Source: the human T2T-CHM13v2.0 reference genome, Homo sapiens
Direction of reading: 5' to 3'
Assembly (NCBI GenBank): GCA_009914755.4
Contig: CP086569.2
Span: 23,776,001 to 23,840,000, forward strand
Length of the DNA stretch: 64,000 nt
The notes beneath the pieces are model-generated. The model was not told where the DNA came from. It was given only the letters and a program-made list of their open reading frames with translations, and searched no databases. The translations under genes and the position numbers were made by a program. Positions 55,901 through 64,000 of the stretch are shown one piece after another; position 1 is the stretch's first letter, and every line of letters begins with the position of its first letter.

Positions 55901-58900
55901 TGTTTCATATTGCTGAGTCCAGAACTCAGTTAACATGACTCTAATTCCTCTATGTTACCTAGAGAGGGCACTGTGGCATGTTGCTTGGCACAACACCTAA
56001 GTGATGTTACCCTCGGGCCTACTTTTTTTGCTCACAAATGGGACTATGACTTCAGTTCACAGGCATGATGGTCAAATTTATACTGAGATTCAGCCAATAG
56101 GAGATATTTTACCTTTCATTGCTAGGCTTTGGGCAATACATAAAGTCTGGGTTGCATATTTGTACCAAGCTCACAGAGCTTTACAACACTAACTCATAAT
56201 GTATGAACTTCTTTGTTGGTATAGAGAGTTTGGTGATAGGGACCAGTGAAGAGTTCAGTTTGAGATTCTTGATTACACACCCAGGTAAAAGCAAGTGCTG
56301 TCATCATTCTACATGTCCAAAGGCCATTGTTAAGAACCTGAGTTTTACAAATGAATGCAGTGCAAAGTTGGAATTGTGACTTTCGTATGTGGATCTGGCC
56401 ACAGGTGGGATTGTGACTTATTTCTAGATCCAGCTCACAGGCATAAAAATGAGTCTCATTTCTAACCCAGCCTATAGAGGAGATGCTGACTATTATACCT
56501 GGGTTTAGGGGAATATGTAAGGTCATGAATCCATGTGAATATGTAGGCCTTAGAGTGGTTTGAAACTCTCATGCGTGATGTATAAAGCTTTTGAAAATTG
56601 TTGAGAGTCATGCAACGGCCCAGGATACTAGTGAAATTGTTACTCTCATATACACACCCAGCTCAGAGTTTATAATGTCACTCTCAAAGACAAGGGGATT
56701 TGGCCTATTAATAGGCATAGTGCTTAGGTGTTGAGACTATTTGGCTTAAATTCCTTTCCTTGGGTGGATTGTAACATATCACTGTGTTAGAATCATAATG
56801 TGTCTCTTCTGTCTGGACCCTGCCAAAAGGGGATATTATCACATATCTATGGGTCTATAAGCTAGAGGATTTGTCTCTTCTGACAGTGTCCTGCACCCAG
56901 AAGACATTGTGAAATATTGTTTGGCTTAACATCTAGGTAATGTGACTCTCACCTCCTGCCTGAGCCTTGCTCAGCAAACAAATTGTGACATACCGCTGAT
57001 TGAAAAACCTACATGATGTGACTCTCCTTCATATTCTAGACTCTACCAAGAGAGAGGGTTGTTACATATTGCGGAGTCCAGCACATAGGTGGACTGACTG
57101 TCCTCTCTTTTTTCTTCCCTGTCCATAGTGGGCTTGCTGACATATTATGTGAAACTGTACCCGGGTGAAGTGACTCTTCTGACTAGGCCCAGCATACAAA
57201 TGAGATTATGCTGTATCACTGGCTCAGTGTCGAGGTGAGTTGACTCCCTTTCCTTGTCTCTGCTTACAGGTGAAATTTTGACACGTACCTGGGTTAAGCA
57301 CGCATGGACAAAAATAACTCTCATACCTGGGCCCAGCCTGTAGGAATATTTTGACTCTCATAGCCAGTCTCACGGCCATGGGTAAAGCCCTGTGTTTTTC
57401 ACTTGTATAAAAGTCACGAAGGATTATAATACTCAGGTATATCATATAAAGCATTAATGGTGCAAAGAGTGTCATAACAGAGACCAGCAACCAGGTAAGA
57501 ATATGACTCTTGTATGCACACTTCACTGAAATGATTGTCATTCTCGCATATTAACAGGGTCTAGGAATGAGGGACTAAATCTCACACATAAAAAGCAGTC
57601 GATGTTTGAAATAATTACTCACCTACATGGACCTGATCCACAGGTGGTTTGTTAACATTTGAACCAGGATTCAGCACACCTGTGGTGCCGTGACTCCCCT
57701 CCTGGACCACAATGTTCAAGGGGGATTGCGGCTCTTATACATGAATCTTGCCCATTGTTGAGATTTTGACTCCTCCATTTTGATCCAACTTACAGAAAGA
57801 ATTGACTCACATACACAAAACCAGGACTTGTGTGGGATGTGAAACTTATTTCCGAACATATATGAGAGTGTCATATTGGGATAGGTCACTTTGTCCAGCA
57901 AATGAATAATTTGACTCATTTTCTAGGCCCAGATCACAGAAGTAATTGTGCCATATGTGGAACAAGCAGCTAAGCAATAGATAACATCCATCGTGGCTCT
58001 GCCTTCAAAGGGAAATTTTACATATGTCACTGGGACCATCACCCAGATGATGTGAGTTATCTGCCTGAAACCTTTCTACAAAAGGAATTTTGTTATATAT
58101 CTAGGTCCATCCTGTAAGTGATGTGACTCTCTTCTACTTCCTTGGCCATGCACTTACAGGGCATTGTGACAAAGAACTGGGTACTGCATTCAAGTGATGT
58201 GATTCTTCTTTTTGGGTTCTGCCAACAGGAAGCATTGAACATATCACTTGGCTCAGTACCTAGGTGATGTTTCTTCACTTTCGCCTTGGCCCAGACCACA
58301 GGCAGATTGTGACATATTTCCTGGGACAAACACCTATGTGAGGCCACTCTACAGTTTGGTTACTGCATGGAATAGACATTGTGGCAAACATCTAGGCCAA
58401 CTGCCTTTGTGAAGTGAGTCTCCTCTCTTGCCAAAGCCCTGCCCAGAAGAGAGGCTTTTGATATGTCACTGAAATCCAGGTGCTGTGGCTCTTCCACCAG
58501 GTTCCTACCCACAAGGTGAATAGTGATGTCTTAGTGGCCCAGACCCACATAGGTGATGGGACTTTCTTGTGTTCTCTCTGGCCACAGGTGATATTCTGCC
58601 ATGTACCAGAGACCAAAACAAAAGCCTAGTAACAACTCATATGACTAGAGCATACGACTTGTGCAGGATGGTGACTCTTAGACTTAAGCCTTTCCACAAG
58701 TCTGATTGTGACATATACCTTTGCTCAACTCCTGAGTGATTTAATAATTCTGCCTAGGTATAGCAAATGAGATTTTGACAGATACATTGGTCAAGCACCT
58801 TGGTGATCTGGCTGATGTATCTTGAAATGTCCTCAGGGGCTCTTGTAACATATTTCTGTGCCCTTCATCTAGGTTACGTGACTCTTCTCTCCTGCCTGTA

Positions 58901-60310
58901 CCCTGCTTCTTTGGTGGATTGTAGTATTTATAATCCCTGCATCCAAATGATATGACACTCTTGCCTGGGACCTGTCAACAGGAAGAATTGTGACAAAATT
59001 TTGGGCCCATCATTTAGGTGATATTACTCTCCTCTCCTGCCTAGACACTGTCCACAAGGGATATTGAGCCATAGAGCTGGACATAGCACATAAGTTATGT
59101 GATATTTCTGAGAGGGCTCTGACTACAAAAAGAATATTGGAATATTTCTGACCCAGCATTTATGTGATATGGCTGTCAGGCCTCCTTCTTAACCACAGAG
59201 TGAATTGTAACATATACCTATGCATGGCTCACAGCCATGATAATGACTCTCATGTGTGGACTCAGCCAATAGAGGATATTTTGCATCTTATAACTCAGTT
59301 TAGGGACATGCATGATGTCCTGGATCTCCTTCTTGTACAAAGGTCACAAAATATTACAACACTCATACATATTTTACAAAGTCTTTGGGTCATACACACA
59401 AAGTCAAAGCAGGGCTCAGCACACAGATGAAATCATGAGTCTTGTTTGCACACCCAGCTGAAAGTAAGAACTCATTATCTCACATGGATAAAGGTAACTG
59501 TCACACATGAAACAGGGCATGTGTGGTAAGATGGTAAATCTCATCTTTGGAATTTTCTGACAGTGTGAGTATGATATAAATTTTTGCTAAGCACTTGTGT
59601 AATCTGAGGCTCCGGACTTGTTCCAGCTCATAGGTGGGGTTATGAAATCTACCTAGGCCAACCTCGAGGTGACATGACTTTCCTGCCTTGTCCTATCTCT
59701 CAGTAATGATTGTGACATATCACTGGACCTAGCTCCCAGGTAACGTTACATCCTTACTTGCACCCTGCCCACCAAAATTATTGTGACATATTTCTGTGTT
59801 TACCTCATAGTTGATGTGAGTCTCCTCTCTGGAATGGGCACTGCACAACAGAATGATAGTGACATAGCGCAAGGACCGGCGCACAGGCAAGGTTCCTCCT
59901 TATCCTGTGGATGCCTGGAGGAGGGCAATGTGACATATCTCTGGGTCTATCACCTACATTATGTGGCTCTCCTGCTAGGGTCCTTCCAACCTCGAAAGTG
60001 ACACGCTTCTAGGCCAGGCACACAGGTGATGGTACCCTTTTCCAGGGCTATGCTTCACACAGTACATTGTGACATATCTCTGGGCCTATCACCTAAATGA
60101 AGTGACTCTCTCCCTGGGTCCTAACCAGATGAAGCATTGTGTCATAAGCAGAGACCCTTCACCTAGTATGATGTATTTCTCTTGGCTAGGTGCTGTGTTA
60201 AGAGCACTTTGTGACATATCACAGGACCCAGCACCCAAGTGATGTGGCTCTTCTGCATAGTTTCTGCCCCCATGTTAAATTGTGACATATTTTGATGGAA
60301 GCACATAGGT

Positions 60311-60770
60311 GATATGGCTGTCCTCATCTGCCTGAGCTCTGCCTCGTTGGAGTATTAGGACATATCTCTGAGCCCATGACCTAAGTGATGTGACTCTCTT
60401 TTCCTTCCTGGGCCTTCATAAAAGGAGGATTTTGTCACATTGCTGAGCCCAGGACTCAGGATATGTGACTCTCGGCTGTCCTCACCTGCCTGAGCTCTGC
60501 CTAGTTGGAGTATTAGGACATGTCTCTGAGCCCATGACCTAAGTGATGTGACTCTTTTTCTTCCTGGGCCTTCATAAAAGGAGGATTTTGTCACATTGCT
60601 GAGCCCAGGACTCAGGATATGTGACTCTCGGCTGTCCTCACCTGCCTGAGCTCTGCCTAGTTGGAATATTAGGACATGTCTCTGAGCCCATGACCTAAGT
60701 GATGTGACTCTGTTTTTCTTCCTGGGCCTTCATAAAAGGAGGATTTTGTTACATTGCTGAGCCCAGGACT
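60311..60770. repeat. Recent local tandem triplication inside the satellite: three ~157-bp units of about 2.2 monomers each, at 60311-60468, 60469-60624 and 60625-60770
   Basis: The unit 'tgtcctca.ctgcctgagctctgcct.gttgga.tattaggacat.tctctgagcccatgacctaagtgatgtgactct...cctgggccttcataaaaggaggattttgt.acattgctgagcccaggactcaggat.tgt' recurs three times with only a few mismatches. Neighbouring monomers are far more diverged. Confidence 0.9.
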
Positions 60771-63700
60771 CAGGATCTGTTTCTCTTCTCTTTCTCCTGA
60801 ACCATGCCTACAAAAAAGAAATTTGACACATATTATTGCCCAGCATGCAGATCATGTTACTCTTCTGCATGGGATCTGCATAAAGAGATAATTATGGCAT
60901 ATTGTATATTGCTGGGCCCAGCACCCTTAAGATGTGATGCTCCTGCCTGTGCTGCTGATACCGAAAGTATTTTGACATATATTATGCCCATTATGTAGGT
61001 GTTTTGGCTCTCATAACTGGGCTGGGTTTCTTACACATGTGAAATTGTGTCGTATTTCTGGGTCCAGCACCCAGTTAACGTGACCCAATTTCCTACACCC
61101 TGCATACAGAAGGCATTGTGACATATTGCTGGGCACAGCATCTGAGTGATGTTACCCTTCTGCGTAGTGTTTTGCCCACATATGTCATTATAACATATAC
61201 CCAGTTTAAGCTCACAGCCATGATGATCAAACTTATACTGGGATTCAGCCAATAGAAAATATTTGCCTTTCATTGTTAGGCTTGGGGCAATAGATAAGGT
61301 CCTGGGCTGCATATTTGTACCAAGCTCACAGAAACTTACACAACTAACTTACATTTTATAAACTCCTTTGTGGTAGAAATTTTTATAGCAGGGGCCAGCA
61401 AAAAGTTCAAATTGGGACTCTCGATTACACACCCAGGTGGAATTAAAAGTTGCCACCATCCCACATTTACAAAGCCCACAGTTGAGTCTTATACCTAAAC
61501 CTTTCCGCAAGTGTAATTGTGACATATATTGTATTTCAGTTCCTGAGTGATTTAATAATTCTGCCTAGATATAGCCTACAAAAGCGATTTTGACAAATAT
61601 CTTCATCAAGCACCTTGGTGATTTGACTGTGCTATCTAAAAAGTGTCCTCAGGCAAAATAGTCACATGTTTCTGGACCCATTATTTAGGGTATATGACTC
61701 TCCTCTTTGACCTGTACCCTGCTTCCTATAGTAATTGTACCTTTTCTAAACACTGCATTCAAATGACATGGCTCTCTTTTTTTGGAGAAACTCTCCTGTT
61801 GAGAGGCATTTTGACACATGCTTGAGCCCAGCTTTTAGGTCCTGTGACTCTCCTCTCCTGCCTAGACACAGCCCAAAATGAACATTGTGCAACAGAGTTG
61901 GATTTAGCACACAAGTTATGTGATATTTTGGACAAGACCCCTCCTGCAAAAAGAATACTGGAATATTTCTGGCCCAGCATTTAGGTGATGTGGCTGTTAG
62001 GCCTGATTCATAACAACAGAACAAATTATAACAAATACCTAGGCAGGGCTTGCAGGAATAATAATGACTCTTATATGTGGACTCATCCAACAGAGAATAT
62101 TTTTACTCTTATAATTCAGTTTAGGGACATGCGTGATGTCCTGAATCACTTTCTTGTACAAACATCACAAAAGATTACAACACACACATTTTACAGAGTC
62201 TTTGGTTTATACAGAAAGAGTCAAAGCAGGGTTCAACTCAGGTGAAATTGTGAGTCTTGTATGCACACCCGCCTGACAGTAAGGACTGTCATCATCTCTC
62301 ATGGATGAAGTCAACTGTCACACATGAAAACAGGACATGTGTGGTATTGTAAATCACATCTTTGGAATTTTCTGACAGTGTGATTGTGATATAAATCTTT
62401 GCTAAGCACCAGTGTAATTTGACTCTCCAGACTTGTTCCAGCCCATATGTGGGATTGTGATATCTACCTAGGCCAACCTCAAGGAGATGTGACTCTCCTG
62501 CCTGGGCCCTTCTCTCAGTAAGGATTGTACATATCACTGGATCTAGCATCCAGGTGATGTTCACATTCTTGCCTGTGCCACGCCAACCAAAATTATTGTG
62601 AACATATTTGTGTGTGCACCTCATAGGGATGAAACTCTGATCTCTGGAATGGGCCTTGCACAAAGGAAGGATGGTGACATATTGTGAAGCCAGGCATACA
62701 GCTGTGGGTACTTTTTGCCACAGCCATGCCCAAAGTAGGGCATTGTGACATATCTCTGCACCTATTACCTAGGTTAAGCGGCTCTCCTGCTTGGGCCCTG
62801 ACAACCTGGAGAATGACATATTTCTAGGCCAGGCACACAGGTGATGATACTCTTTTGCCAAGACTATGCTTCACAGGGGACTTTGTGACCTATCTCTTGG
62901 GCCAATAAACTAGTTTATGGGACTAAATGCTTTGGCCTCACACACATAGAGCATTGTGACATGAAAGTGAAACCTGAACCAAGGTGATGTAACTCTTTCA
63001 CCTTGGTTCTGAACTAATCGGGATTTGCAACATACCTTAGGACCCAGTACCCAGGTTATATGGCTCTTCTGTCTGGTTCTGCCCATGTGTTAGATTGAGA
63101 CATACACCTAAAGAAGCACCAATGAGACACCACTCTCCTCTTCTGCCTGAATTCTGCCTGACTTCTGCCTACTGGGGACATTGGGACATGTTTCTAAGCC
63201 CATGACCTAAGTGATATGACTCTCTTCCCTTGCCTCAGCCTTTAAAATGCTGAAATTGTGATGTATTTCTGAGACCAGGATTTAGGTTATGTGACTATTT
63301 CCTTTTTTCTGAACCATGCCCACAAAGGGAAAATTTCACCTATTGCACTCAGATGATGTTACTCTTCTGCTGCAGTCCTGAATAATGAGGGAGTGATTGC
63401 ATAATGGTAGGCCCAACACTCTAATGATGCTTCAGTCCCACCAGTGCCAGAGCCACAGAGGGCATTTTGACATATCTTCAGCCAAATCTGTAAGTGTTTT
63501 GGCTTTCATCCCTTGGTTGAGTTTCTTTTTTTAACAAGTAAAATTGTGTCATATTGCTAGGTCCAGCATCCAGATAACATGACCCTGCTTTCTGTATTCT
63601 GCCTAGAGACAGCACTGTGACATGCTGCGTGCCACAGCACCTAAGTGACATTACTCTTTTTGGTAATTTTTTGCCCACAAATGGGATTATAAAATATACC

Positions 63701-64000
63701 TTGCTTCAGTTTACAGGTATGATGGTCAAACTTACATTGTGATTCAGCAAATAGAAGATATTTTGCCTCTCATCGCAAGGCTTAGGGCAATAGGTAAAAT
63801 CCTGGGTTGCGTATTTGAGGAAAGCTCACAGAACAATAATTAATATTGTATAAACTCCTTGGGTGGTACAGCGTTTCCTAACAAAGCCCAGCAAAAAGTT
63901 AAGATTGTGATTCTGAATTACACACACAATTGAAAGTAAAACTTGTCACCACCCCTCATTAAGAAAGCCCATTGCTGAGATACTGAGTCTAACAAGTAAA

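Overview
This is primate (most likely human or ape) repeat-dense sequence with no convincing protein-coding gene, tRNA, rRNA or CRISPR array. From the left, the window holds a truncated Alu tail, then the 3' two-thirds of a HERV9-type class I provirus: degenerate pro, pol and env remnants, with the integrase region replaced by GA-rich low complexity. That provirus ends in an LTR12-type 3' LTR at about 3440-4107, which carries the characteristic CCAAT-containing ~41-bp tandem subrepeats. The LTR12 abuts a betaretrovirus-like (ERVK-type) proviral remnant at about 4108-7923. The remnant's pol carries the RT motifs 'KYLGY' and 'HFMDDILLA', an RNase H 'FTDGS' motif and integrase remnants. A young L1 3'-end insertion (6846-7260) interrupts it, flanked by a perfect 14-bp target-site duplication. 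The remnant's 3' LTR lies at about 7924-8590. Next come a T-rich simple repeat, an antisense Alu, about 3.5 kb of unique AT-rich sequence containing a long (GAAA)n microsatellite, and then the dominant feature of the window. From about 12.65 kb to the window end, and evidently beyond it (more than 51 kb), runs a tandem satellite array of ~68-72-bp monomers. The monomer matches the reverse complement of my remembered Sau3A beta-satellite (BSR) consensus. The monomers are arranged in a higher-order repeat (HOR) of roughly 5 kb, about 70 monomers per copy. Individual copies vary from 3.0 to 6.9 kb because of ~1.7-kb internal segmental duplications and deletions. Two alternating HOR variants give a ~10-kb super-period. 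Inside the array are three Alu insertions, each private to a single HOR copy and with recognisable target-site duplications. There is also a 3'-truncated ERVK-type solo LTR of the same family as the flanking LTR, accompanied by a ~200-bp deletion of satellite. A very recent ~157-bp tandem triplication sits at 60.3-60.8 kb. The many 60-120-aa ORFs in the supplied track across the array are repeat-phase artefacts. No novel protein-coding system is visible. The interest lies in the satellite's architecture, its boundary, and the dated insertions that constrain its homogenisation history.
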